From an uncultured Chloroflexia bacterium (GTDB taxonomy: Bacteria > Chloroflexota > Anaerolineae > Caldilineales > Caldilineaceae): DNA of 64,000 bases. The notes beneath the pieces were generated by a model, which was not told where the DNA came from, made no database searches, and was given only the letters and a program-made list of their open reading frames with translations. The stretch spans positions 96,760 to 160,759 of the forward strand of contig CAVZCL010000010.1 in assembly GCA_963773745.1 (NCBI GenBank). The letters run 5' to 3'. Each line of letters opens with the position of its first letter. Position 1 is the stretch's first letter. Shown here piece after piece: positions 54,095 to 63,133 of the stretch. The translations under genes were made by a program, and so were the position numbers.

Positions 54095-54931
54095 ATGCGT
54101 GTGTTGACGTGGAATATTCATAACTGGCAGACGGCCGAGGGCGCGCCCAACCTTGCCGGTGTCATCGAGACACTGGCCGCTTCGGGCGCCGACGTGATTG
54201 GCCTGAATGAAGTCTCGTACCCCCTGCCTGCGCCGGGCGACAGCCGCCCCGCGCTCGAGGTGCTGGCGGGCGCATTGGGGATGCACTTTGTCTTTGGCCC
54301 CTGCGTGCGCTGGCCGGCGCACAATGACATCCCCGAAACGGGCTACGGCAACGCGCTGCTGGCGCGCTGGCCCATTGCGGCGGGCGCTGCCCACCACCTC
54401 ACACCCATTGCCGGCTACGGCGACCGCGGCCTGCTCGAGGCGCGCATCTCCTTGCCCAAGGGCGGTAGCTTCACGGTCTACGTTACCCATCTGGACCACA
54501 CAAGCGAAGAGGTGCGCAGCCAGCAGTTTCGCGCCGCTCGCCAGTGGCTCATCCGCGACCGCAGCCGCCCGCACATCCTCATGGGCGACATGAACGCCAT
54601 CAGCCCGTGGGATTTTGCGCAGCGCCCTGATGACCTGGCGGCGTTGGCGCAGCATCCGCGCGGCAGCAACCTTGTGGGCGGGCTCGGGGGCGATGCCACG
54701 GGCATCCGCGTCATCCCGCAGGTGGAAAAGGCGGGTTACGTGGACCTCTATCAGCAGCGAGGCAACCCACCCGGCGGGCGCAGCTATGTGCGCGCTGCGC
54801 TGGATCTGCGCATTGATTTCATCTTTGCCAGCGCGCCCCTCGCACCGCAGGTCACTGCCTGCGCGCACATCACCACCGCTGACGACGTCTCGGACCACCG
54901 CCCCGTATGGGCGGATATTGCAACCGACTGA
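54095..54931 (+). CDS. Endonuclease/exonuclease/phosphatase (EEP) family protein
   Basis: VLTWNIHNW, IGLNEV, GDMN and SDHRPVWADI catalytic motifs. Confidence 0.85.
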   Translation: MRVLTWNIHNWQTAEGAPNLAGVIETLAASGADVIGLNEVSYPLPAPGDSRPALEVLAGALGMHFVFGPCVRWPAHNDIPETGYGNALLARWPIAAGAAHHLTPIAGYGDRGLLEARISLPKGGSFTVYVTHLDHTSEEVRSQQFRAARQWLIRDRSRPHILMGDMNAISPWDFAQRPDDLAALAQHPRGSNLVGGLGGDATGIRVIPQVEKAGYVDLYQQRGNPPGGRSYVRAALDLRIDFIFASAPLAPQVTACAHITTADDVSDHRPVWADIATD

Positions 54932-54957
54932 CGGCATGACGCAAAGCAGCAAGATAT

Positions 54958-54991
54958 AAAGCGAGGCTTCCGCTTTTGGAAGCCTCGCTTT
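54958..54991. terminator. Bidirectional terminator hairpin
   Basis: AAAGCGAGGCTTCC, loop GCTTTT, GGAAGCCTCGCTTT, between the EEP gene (+) and the antitoxin-like gene (-). Confidence 0.7.
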
Positions 54992-55023
54992 GGATCACTA
55001 CGTGCGCAGCGTGCGGGTCAGCC

Positions 55024-55248
55024 CTAGCGCTCGCGCCCCTCGCGAACTGCCGCCACAATGTCGTCCAAAGTGAGCGGCTTCTCCAAATTGACCGGTTCAA
55101 TGTCAAGTGGGGAACCCTTGGGTGCCTCTGGGGAAGGAATAAAGGCCTGGCCGTCACGCCGTCGGATACGTACCGCGCCTTCACTGCGGGCCTGTTCGAG
55201 CAACGCAGCGAAGTTCTGGCGTGCCTCGGTTGATGTGTAGCTCTTCAT
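55024..55248 (-). CDS. Phd/YefM- or VapB-type antitoxin-like protein (solitary)
   Basis: 74 aa. The N-terminus MKSYTSTEARQNFAALLEQA resembles Phd/YefM-type antitoxins. No toxin ORF lies downstream, where a terminator hairpin sits at 54958-54991. Confidence 0.55.
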   Translation of the reverse strand: MKSYTSTEARQNFAALLEQARSEGAVRIRRRDGQAFIPSPEAPKGSPLDIEPVNLEKPLTLDDIVAAVREGRER

Positions 55249-55297
55249 GCTGTGATTTCCACAACTTCAACGCGTACCAAGCGCGCCACAGGCGCCA

Positions 55298-55771
55298 TCA
55301 CTCTGCCAAGCGCAGCGGCGGCCCCACAAGCTCCATGCCGTGGGCGCGCCAGAGGGCGGGGTCCCTGGGTGGCATGGCGTTGGCCTTGTTCACCTCGCGG
55401 AAGAAGGCTTCCATCTGCCCGGCCGGCGCGAAGGTGATCAACATGCGGCCGCGGCCGCTGCTGCTCCCGCCGCCCACCCATGCCCAGACGTGCGGAATGG
55501 CGCGCGGTGCGAGCAGCGAATCGCCGGGTTGCATGGTGAAGCGCTGCTCGCCCACCTCCACCACAAATTCGCCTTCAACGGCATAAAAGAACTCGTCCTG
55601 CGCGTGGTGCAGGTGGCGCGCCGGGCCGCCCGGCGCGTGAAAGGTGTTCTCCAGAATCAGGATGTCACTGCCCACACGGGGTGTCACCTTGAAGGCAATG
55701 GTGCTAATGCCCAGCCCGCGCTGCTCGCCGAAGCAGTCGGTTCCGGCGGCAATAAAGAGCGCTGCGTCCAT
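55298..55771 (-). CDS. Cupin-domain protein
   Basis: The two cupin motifs are HLHHAQDEFFYAVEGEF and PGDSLLAPRAIPH. The start is taken at ATG 55771. Confidence 0.7.
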   Translation of the reverse strand: MDAALFIAAGTDCFGEQRGLGISTIAFKVTPRVGSDILILENTFHAPGGPARHLHHAQDEFFYAVEGEFVVEVGEQRFTMQPGDSLLAPRAIPHVWAWVGGGSSSGRGRMLITFAPAGQMEAFFREVNKANAMPPRDPALWRAHGMELVGPPLRLAE

Positions 55772-55908
55772 ACTGAGTCTCCCCTCATTCGCCCTACACG
55801 GTTGTGCGCAGATTACTGCAGGTGGGTGCACCATTGTACGCCGATTCTCCATCGGCGCAAGCCACGCGCGGCCACCCCTCACTGCCGCACATGGGGTAAA
55901 ATGAGGCC

Positions 55909-58178
55909 ATGGATCTCTTTGAGCAGGCTCACAAGGAACGGCTGCAAAAGGACGCGCCGCTGGCCGCACGCATGCGCCCGCGCACGCTCGACGAATACAT
56001 TGGCCAGGAGCACATCATTGGCCCGGGCCGCCTCCTGCGCCGCTCCATCCAGGCGGACCAACTAGGCAGCCTCATCTTCTATGGGCCGCCGGGTACGGGC
56101 AAGACGACGCTGGCGCAAGTCATCGCCAACACCACGCGCACGCACTTCATCGCGCTCAACGCCGTGCTGTCGGGCGTCAAGGAGATTCGCGAGGCGGTGG
56201 CCGAGGCGCAGACGCGCGCCGCACAGTATGGCCAGCGCACAAGCCTCTTTGTGGACGAGGTGCACCGCTTCAACAAATCGCAGCAGGACGCGCTGCTGCC
56301 CTGGGTGGAGAATGGCACCGTGATCTTCATCGGGGCCACCACCGAGAATCCGTACTTCGAGGTGAACAAGGCGCTCGTCAGCCGCAGCCGAATCTTTCAA
56401 CTGCTGCCGCTCACGCAGGAGCACCTGCGGCGCGTCCTCTTCGCCGCGCTGGAGGACCCCGAGCGCGGCTACGGCAAGCTCAATGTGCAAATTGACCCCG
56501 CAGCGGTGGATCACCTGGTGGAGGTGGCCAATGGCGACGCGCGTGGCGTCCTCAACGCGCTCGAACTGGCCGTGGAGACGACAGCGCCCGATGCGGACGG
56601 CGTCATCCACATTACGCTGGCCGTGGCCGAGGAGTCGATCCAGCGGCGCGCCGTCCTCTATGACAAGGAGGGCGATTATCACTTCGACACCATCAGCGCC
56701 TTCATCAAGAGCGTGCGCGGCAGCGACGCCGACGCTGCGCTCTACTGGATGGCCAAGATGGTCTACGCCGGTGAAAGCCCGCGCTTCATCTTCCGCCGCA
56801 TGCTCATTCTCGCGGGCGAAGATATCGGCATGGCGGACCCGAACGCCATCCAGGTTGTCACCGCGTGCGCGCAGGCGTTTGAGCAGGTGGGGCTGCCCGA
56901 GGGGCGCTTTCATCTGGGGCTGGCGGCGCTCTACCTGAGCACGGCCAAGAAATCGAACAGCGGCTTCGCTTTCTTCGACGCGCTGGCGCAGGTGGAGAAG
57001 GAGGGGGACAGCGGCGTGCCCGCGCACCTGCGCGACAGCAACCGCGACGCCGAGGGCTTTGGCCACGGCGAGGGCTACCTCTATCCCCACGCCTTTCGCG
57101 ACCACTGGGTGGCGCAGCAGTATCTGCCCGCGTCGCTCCAGGGCAAAATCTTCTACCAACCGTCGGACCAGGGCTACGAGGCCGCCATTGCCGAGACGGT
57201 GGCGCGCCGGCGCGAGGCGCAGCTTGCGGCCATGCTCGAGAGCGACGCAGCCGACGCACCCCACGAAATCCTCACCTTTTCGCCCAATGACCCGCAGCGC
57301 CAGCGCTGGCTGCAGCGCGTCATCTCCAACAGCGGCGCGCGCCTGGGCAACGTGCGCGACCGCGTCCTCGACGGCGCACGCCTTGCTCGCCACAGCGTGG
57401 CGCTGGACCTGCGCGCCGGCTCCGGCCTGCTCACTTGGGAGCTTGTGCGCCGCCTGCCCGAGGGGGGTGTGGTGGCCCTCGCGCGCACGGCACGCGACGC
57501 CGACGCCCTGCGCGAGCTGGCCGAGCGCCTTGATGCCATGGTGCGCCCCACGGTGATTCAGGGCGAACTGGACGAAGCTGCCTCTGCTCCTGCGCATGCG
57601 CGCCGGCTCCACGCAGGATGCCTCGCCCGAGCGCTTTGACGCGCTTGTGGGCATGAACGCGCTGCTCGACGCGCCCGACAAGCCCGCTGCCGCTGCGCTG
57701 CTGGCAAGTCTGTTAGCGCCCGGCGGCGTCATCAGCCTGGCCGAGCGCATTCCCCGCCACACGCAGCGGCTGCACGCGCTGGTGGATGCGAGCACACTCG
57801 ACGCCGACCTTGTGGCGCGCTGGCACGCCGCCGAGGAGGCCATCTACACCCCCGCTGCAGAAGACGCCGGCGCGGCCCTGGTGGCGTGGGATGCCGACGA
57901 CCTTGCCGCGGCCTTCAGCGCTGCGGGCCTCAAGGTTGAATCGACCGTAGAGAATGAGCAGACGGAGATGCAGGTGACGCCTGCGCTGCTCAAGCGCTGG
58001 TTTGGCGCGTGCGCGGCGAGAGAGCGACGGTGGCAAGCCAAGCTACGCCGACCGCCTCGCCGCCCAACTCAGCCCCGCCGAAGTGGCGCAAGTGCAGGCC
58101 CTCATGCAGCGCCAGCTAGCCAACCAGGTGGTGGCGTGGGGCAGCAGGACGGTGTACTTGGTGGCGCGGCAAATCTAG
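55909..58178 (+). CDS. rarA: Replication-associated recombination protein A (RarA/MgsA) fused to a class I SAM-methyltransferase-like domain; two apparent frameshifts (~57575, ~58022)
   Basis: FYGPPGTGKTTLA, LFVDEVHRFNK and the MgsA C-terminal helical region up to ~aa 445. The same frame then continues into VALDLRAGSG (MTase motif I). FDALVGMNAL and LLAPGGVISLAE lie in the 57596 frame. The tail ..AQLSPAEVAQVQALMQRQLANQVVAWGSRTVYLVARQI ends at TAG 58176-58178 in the third frame. Confidence 0.7.
58121..58168 (+). repeat. Direct repeat copy 1 (3' end of the rarA-methyltransferase gene)
   Basis: CAACCAGGTGGTGGCGTGGGGCAGCAGGACGGTGTACTTGGTGGCGCG. Confidence 0.85.
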
Positions 58179-58396
58179 CCCCGTCCGGCATCAACGCGGC
58201 TGCGCCCGAATTGACAAACGAATTTGATCTTTGGCGTGCACTGCGCGCAAACCTGGCGTATAATGTATTCAAGTGCATTCTCCCTAACCCTCCGTGCAGC
58301 CGCCTCTTTGATATCCGCTTGAGAAATGGAAAGCGAATGAACTGACCGCAGGCAGACCCCAATCAACCATCAAATTCCCAAACAAGCAGGTGAGAG

Positions 58397-59341
58397 ATGA
58401 CCCCCCCAATTCGCATCTTTCTTGCACTCTGTATTGCCTTTCTGGCGGCGAGTGCGCAGGCACGCCCAGTTTACGCAGTCTCATGCGTCGATCTCGATGG
58501 CGCAGCAGTCTACTCCGATGAACCGACCCCTGCTTTTCTCGGCTTTCTGGGAAACGCCACCGCGACCGACTCGATCATGAACTTGAATGGCCCGCATGGC
58601 AGCACCACGGGCGAATTCAGCGTGCGTAATCCAGACAGCAAATACGGCAAATGGGTCAGCCATTTCGGCATCATCAACATCTATGCCATACACCCGCCAC
58701 TGATCTTCCGCGACGGGGTCATTATTGGCCGGCTCACGAGCAGTATCTATTGGCCTGACCGTGTGAGTCTGAATTACATCGACACAACCTGCCCATTCGC
58801 GTCAGGCACGTGGGGCACGGGTGGACCGGTGCCCGGCGCCCCGATCTGGCTCACAGCTTCGGATGGGACATTCAGCGACAAAGTCGCCGTGCGCTGGGGT
58901 GCAGCCACCGGCGCAGCCAAGTACATTCTGACCATGGCCAAATCGAAAACGGAGCCGCCTTTCTTCTTTCGCGAGACGACCTTCACGGGAATGGACATCG
59001 TGAACCTCGAGCCGGACCACGCTTACTATTTTGGGGTGATGGCAACCAACGCCAACGGGCCCGGCCCCTACGTGTACGACTATGGGCACGTTGCCCTGCC
59101 TCCCGACGGCACGCCCGTCGTGACGCCGGTTTTCACACCGGCAGGCACGCCGGTGGACGCAGCGGGGAGCACACCCGAGACAACGCCTGACGGCACGCTC
59201 ACCACGACACCAACACCCACGCCGACATCGACCTCCACGCCAATACCAGGCGAAACGCCGTCGCCGAGCGGCTCCGCAACACCACAAACGGGTGATCCGA
59301 CGGGCACCCCGTTTGTCTATCTGCCGATCACCCATAAATAG
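58397..59341 (+). CDS. Secreted protein with an FN3-like domain and a Thr/Pro-rich C-terminal region
   Basis: Signal peptide MTPPIRIFLALCIAFLAASAQA. LTASDGTFSDKVAVRWGAATGAAKYILTMAKS...YYFGVMATN is an FN3-like pattern. A T/P-rich linker ends in PFVYLPITHK. Confidence 0.6.
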   Translation: MTPPIRIFLALCIAFLAASAQARPVYAVSCVDLDGAAVYSDEPTPAFLGFLGNATATDSIMNLNGPHGSTTGEFSVRNPDSKYGKWVSHFGIINIYAIHPPLIFRDGVIIGRLTSSIYWPDRVSLNYIDTTCPFASGTWGTGGPVPGAPIWLTASDGTFSDKVAVRWGAATGAAKYILTMAKSKTEPPFFFRETTFTGMDIVNLEPDHAYYFGVMATNANGPGPYVYDYGHVALPPDGTPVVTPVFTPAGTPVDAAGSTPETTPDGTLTTTPTPTPTSTSTPIPGETPSPSGSATPQTGDPTGTPFVYLPITHK

Positions 59342-59374
59342 CGCAATGCACGCGATGCGCCCGTTGTAGGAATC

Positions 59375-59406
59375 GAGCGACGCCCGCAGACACGCGGGCG
59401 TCGCTC
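59375..59406 (+). terminator. Terminator hairpin after the secreted FN3-like protein gene
   Basis: GAGCGACGCCCGC, loop AGACAC, GCGGGCGTCGCTC, then TGCTTG. Confidence 0.6.
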
Positions 59407-59495
59407 TGCTTGAAAGCCATCAACGGCTCGGTTTGCGCACCCCAGCCGCGGTGCAGCTGCCGGCTGGGGTGGCGTGCCCACTGCGCAATCAGGTG

Positions 59496-59543
59496 GTGGC
59501 GTGGGGAAGCAGGACGGTCTATGTGGTGGCGCGCTGACCCTTA
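59496..59543 (+). repeat. Direct repeat copy 2 (orphan duplicate of the rarA-fusion 3' end)
   Basis: CAATCAGGTGGTGGCGTGGGGAAGCAGGACGGTCTATGTGGTGGCGCG: 43/48 identical to 58121-58168. It translates in frame as RNQVVAWGSRTVYVVAR*, compared with ANQVVAWGSRTVYLVARQI*. Confidence 0.85.
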
Positions 59544-59631
59544 GCCGGTGCACAGTCACAACGCACGCAAAGTAACCTGATGCAGCAGTGAGACGTGCGC
59601 GCTTCAGTTCACAGCGCGTGCCGGCTGACGC

Positions 59632-60198
59632 TCAAGGTGTTTGCAGAATCAAGCGTATATCGGCGGCTGGACCGCTGAGCGTGAGTTGATCGCCTGAAAC
59701 TACGTACTTGCGCGTGGCACGAACTGCCTCGCTGAAGCGCTCGGTATCTGGACGAATGGCCTCTGCACATGCCTCTGGCAGGGCATCCACACCAACCAGG
59801 GATTTGCAGTCAACGAACCCATTCTCTGCCATCACCAAGGCGCAATCTATCGCAGGCACCGCACCTGCCCCCAATTGGTACTCCTGTGTCCCAGAGTAGA
59901 AGATGGGCAGTTCCTGCAATGAGCACCAAACCCCGGTATCGAGTTCCAGATAGCCGGTGGGCGTGAAGGTGAAGTGAAGCGGGATATACCAATCAAAGCG
60001 AACCGGACTGCCCTGGTATGTGATTTCTTGAACGCGCCATGTCTTGCCAATCAGCGGCCCGGCCAGCATCTCGGCCGGTGGACTAACGGGCTGTACGACA
60101 GGTATGGTGCAACTGGCCAGTACGCAAACGAACGCACCAAAGCAGATCGTTCGCAGGCGACGCCAAAGCATAGCGTGTCCAATGCAACGATTGTTCAT
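59632..60198 (-). CDS. META-domain (HslJ-like) lipoprotein
   Basis: Lipobox FVCVLASC; GKTWRVQEITYQG and YVVSGDQLTLSG are typical of META domains. AGGAGAG RBS before ATG 60198. Confidence 0.65.
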   Translation of the reverse strand: MNNRCIGHAMLWRRLRTICFGAFVCVLASCTIPVVQPVSPPAEMLAGPLIGKTWRVQEITYQGSPVRFDWYIPLHFTFTPTGYLELDTGVWCSLQELPIFYSGTQEYQLGAGAVPAIDCALVMAENGFVDCKSLVGVDALPEACAEAIRPDTERFSEAVRATRKYVVSGDQLTLSGPAADIRLILQTP

Positions 60199-60273
60199 CG
60201 GCTTACTCTCCTCTTGCCAAGAGGTAGACCGACGTGGGCGTGTGCAAAACACGTGCCCACGTCTGCACTCTCC

Positions 60274-62233
60274 CTATTGATGATTCAGGATATATACGCT
60301 TTGTGCTTGCGGTGCAGCACCCGTACAGCACTGTGTCCAGTTCGGAGCGCTTGACCACTGCACATCAGTCTTCGCCGCGTTCAGCGGAGTCGCACGTATA
60401 TAGCCGATGTTGTTACGCCACATCGCTTCACGCAATTGGTCATTGACCACCCAGGCCGTGTAGGACTGGATTGTGCCAGTGCCGGGCGCTGTTGTCTGGC
60501 AGGGTTGCTGCGTCCCCTGCGAGAGAATACGTTCTCCATTCGTGTCCAGAGGGTATTTGTACTGGATGCACGAACTCTCCGTCCAGAACATGTTCTGGTA
60601 GTAGTTGTTGCCAACGATGTATTCATCTTGTGCCCGTGGCGGGTTTCCAGGGCCAACGACAGACCATGCCGGCGCCGCAGCCCAGTTCACCCGCCCGTCA
60701 GCAGTTAGCGGGATAGTCCGAATGTAGCCTGTGTTTCCACGCCACATCCCCTCACGAAACGTGTCGGCAATCGCGTACCCTGTATATGACCATACGGTTC
60801 CGCTACCCGGCAGCGTTGTGGGACAAGACCTCGTTTGCTGTGTTGTGGTGTTGCCGTTTGAATCAAGTTGCGAGCTGTACTCGATGCAGTTCGTGTCCGA
60901 CAGAAATACGTTCTGGTAGTAGTACTGAGGGCGATCATACGACAGAACATCAAAGCCGAGACTCAAGAACTGATCGATAGGAGCGTACCAGAACATGATA
61001 CTGGACGAGTCACAGTTGTTGTCTTGCGCCCCTGATAGTATTCCTAATGCAGTAACGTCCCCCGCACCAGTAGTGAATACTGGACCGCCACTATCTCCCG
61101 GGCACGCAATCTCACCGAGCCAAGAGGTATTTACTACCCTGACAAACGTGTTCGCCATGTAGGTGCGCGGAGAACTATAGATGTCGTATATGAACCCGCA
61201 TGTGAAACCACTGCCGTGACCGTACTTGCACACGAACCAGTTCAGTGTATTAGCCTTCGGTTGAGAGTTTCCGACTCGCCTGAGCGTTGTGGCATCTACT
61301 TGAACGCGATTCGTCAAATCAAAATCGCGAACCCACGAATTGTGGACCTGAATGTCAGCCGCGTTGCCCAAGGGCCCGACTGGTGGTTGTGCAAAGGCGT
61401 CATTCTCAACGATTATTGGGCCCAAATAGGGATCTTCTGCGTCGCTCCCAGCGAAGTTGACAGATTGTAAATTGTCACAGTGGCCCGCAGTAGAAACAAA
61501 CCGCCTATTGTCGCTTAGTCTACGCACAGCATAGCCCATGGTACAATTGTGGATTTGCGTGCCTCCATTTAGGTATGGATACTTGTATTGCGCAGCCGTA
61601 GATGGATTCTCTTGCAGTACGAACTCAATATCAGCAAGTGCCAGTGCTCCAGTTGCGAATTCAGGGTTAGCCAGCAGGTATTTCGTGAGTCCGTCCGCAT
61701 TCGGCGTGTAGATACGCACCTTTTCGGCTTGGATGTTCAAACCTGTACCATAGACCAGGTCGGCCGAATGCTCGCTATGGCTAAGCACTGATTTGAGCTC
61801 CGCGAGCTCTGTTTCCAAAGCTGCAAGTGTCTTCGATGCTTTCACAACATGTATCGGGCCCGCCCAGGAAAGCTTTGTCGACGCGTTGTTCCAGTCGTAT
61901 CACATCGTCGTCACCTGCGACAGCAAAAATAAGCCTAAACTCGGGCTCGTGCTCAATCCACGCGCCTGCAAAGCCGGGTTCGCTTGCCGCGATCTCGGGT
62001 ATGAGCTTGCCCGCTTCTGCTTGAAGCAGGAGCCGACGCTCGGCTTCAATATATGAAACGGAAAACTGCTTGCTATAGGCAATTACAATTGGGTCAGCAT
62101 CAGCGCTTTCGCCGTCGACAACTTGCGCTGAGAGACCAGGCGAGGAAAAAAGGAGAGAAGCGGCGACAAAGGTCAGAAGGGACAAGAACAGGTTGCGTAT
62201 CAGGGGGTGGGAGAGGGGGATCTTGCCTGACAT
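60274..62233 (-). CDS. Alpha-lytic/streptogrisin-type (S1E) serine protease preproenzyme with two C-terminal ~100-aa repeats; apparent frameshift ~61859
   Basis: TAGHC (His) and CPGDSGGPV (Ser) in ORF 60274..61845. The signal peptide plus pro-region (MSGKIPL...LLFSSPGLSAQV...FAGAWIEHEPEFRLIFAV) starts at ATG 62233 (GAGGAG RBS) in another frame. The frames meet at a GGG/CCC run. Confidence 0.75.
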
Positions 62234-62601
62234 GACATTTCTCCTCAAGCTGAGTTCAGATTTGAATGAGAAAGTGCTCAAACCAGTGCAGTTAATCTCT
62301 ACTTCGTGCTTCCTTGTAGATACCCTCCTTTCGGCGCCAGCCGACGAATCTGACAATTGTGTAGCATTGGTGACCGATTGGATTCGTCGCAGTCATTGTG
62401 CCATTTTGTTGAATAATATGCTCAAATCACCTCTGCGTCAACGCCAGCTTGACCATAATTGTTGCGAATGTTGCAAATTTCCGCTTCTCGCGTGAAAACG
62501 CTCACTGGTCAATCAAGTGGCGCGCCAGCGCTGAACCGAAAGCGATTGAAGTCGCACCAACGCGCGCAGTCTCATGTGTAGCAGCAGCAGAAACTTTGTT
62601 G

Positions 62602-63028
62602 TCACTCCCCCATCTCATACTCCATCTCATACATGTGCTTGCCGTCTTCAATGATGATGGCCATTCATGGCGCCGGCAAGCCCCTCGAGTTCGTCCGTGG
62701 CGGAGTCGGGCACAACGGTGATGAGGAGCGAGGGCGCGCCGCGGTCCATGAGGCCCGTGTGCTGGAGCACAAAGCTGCCGCGCTTGCCCGCCAGCGTGCC
62801 CGTGACGCGCTCAATCGCCACATACCCTGCCGAGCCCTCCACGGCCGTGCCCGCGCTCAGCATCTCGCCCTGGCTCGTCGCCTCCAGATCGCCGCTGAAG
62901 CGTTTGTCAATCGACAGGCGCGCCAGCATCGCGCCCTCGCTCATGTTGTACGGCGTGAGCGGGTTGAGCTTCACCTCAAAGGTGCCGCGGGCAATGGTTG
63001 TGGGCATGGAGCTCTGCTCCTGAAGCAA
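62602..63028 (-). CDS. DUF3224-family protein, apparent frameshift ~62664
   Basis: GTFEVKLNP...KRFSGDLEATSQGEMLSA...GSAGYVAIERVTGTLAGKRGSFVLQHTG...VVPDSATDELEGLAG is the DUF3224 pattern. The expected tail AIIIEDGKHMYEMEYEMGE* lies in the adjacent frame and ends at 62602. Confidence 0.65.
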
Positions 63029-63046
63029 GTGTCATGGACAAAAAAG

Positions 63047-63118
63047 CAATTGGTAAGTGGTCAATGGTAACTGGACTGCTCGCGAGCTTACAGAATTACC
63101 ATTTACCACTTACCAGTT
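63047..63118. repeat. GGTAA/TTACC word hairpin
   Basis: CAATTGGTAAGTGGTCAATGGTAACTGG ... ATTACCATTTACCACTTACCAGTT. Confidence 0.65.
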
Positions 63119-63133
63119 ATCTTTTGGCATTGC

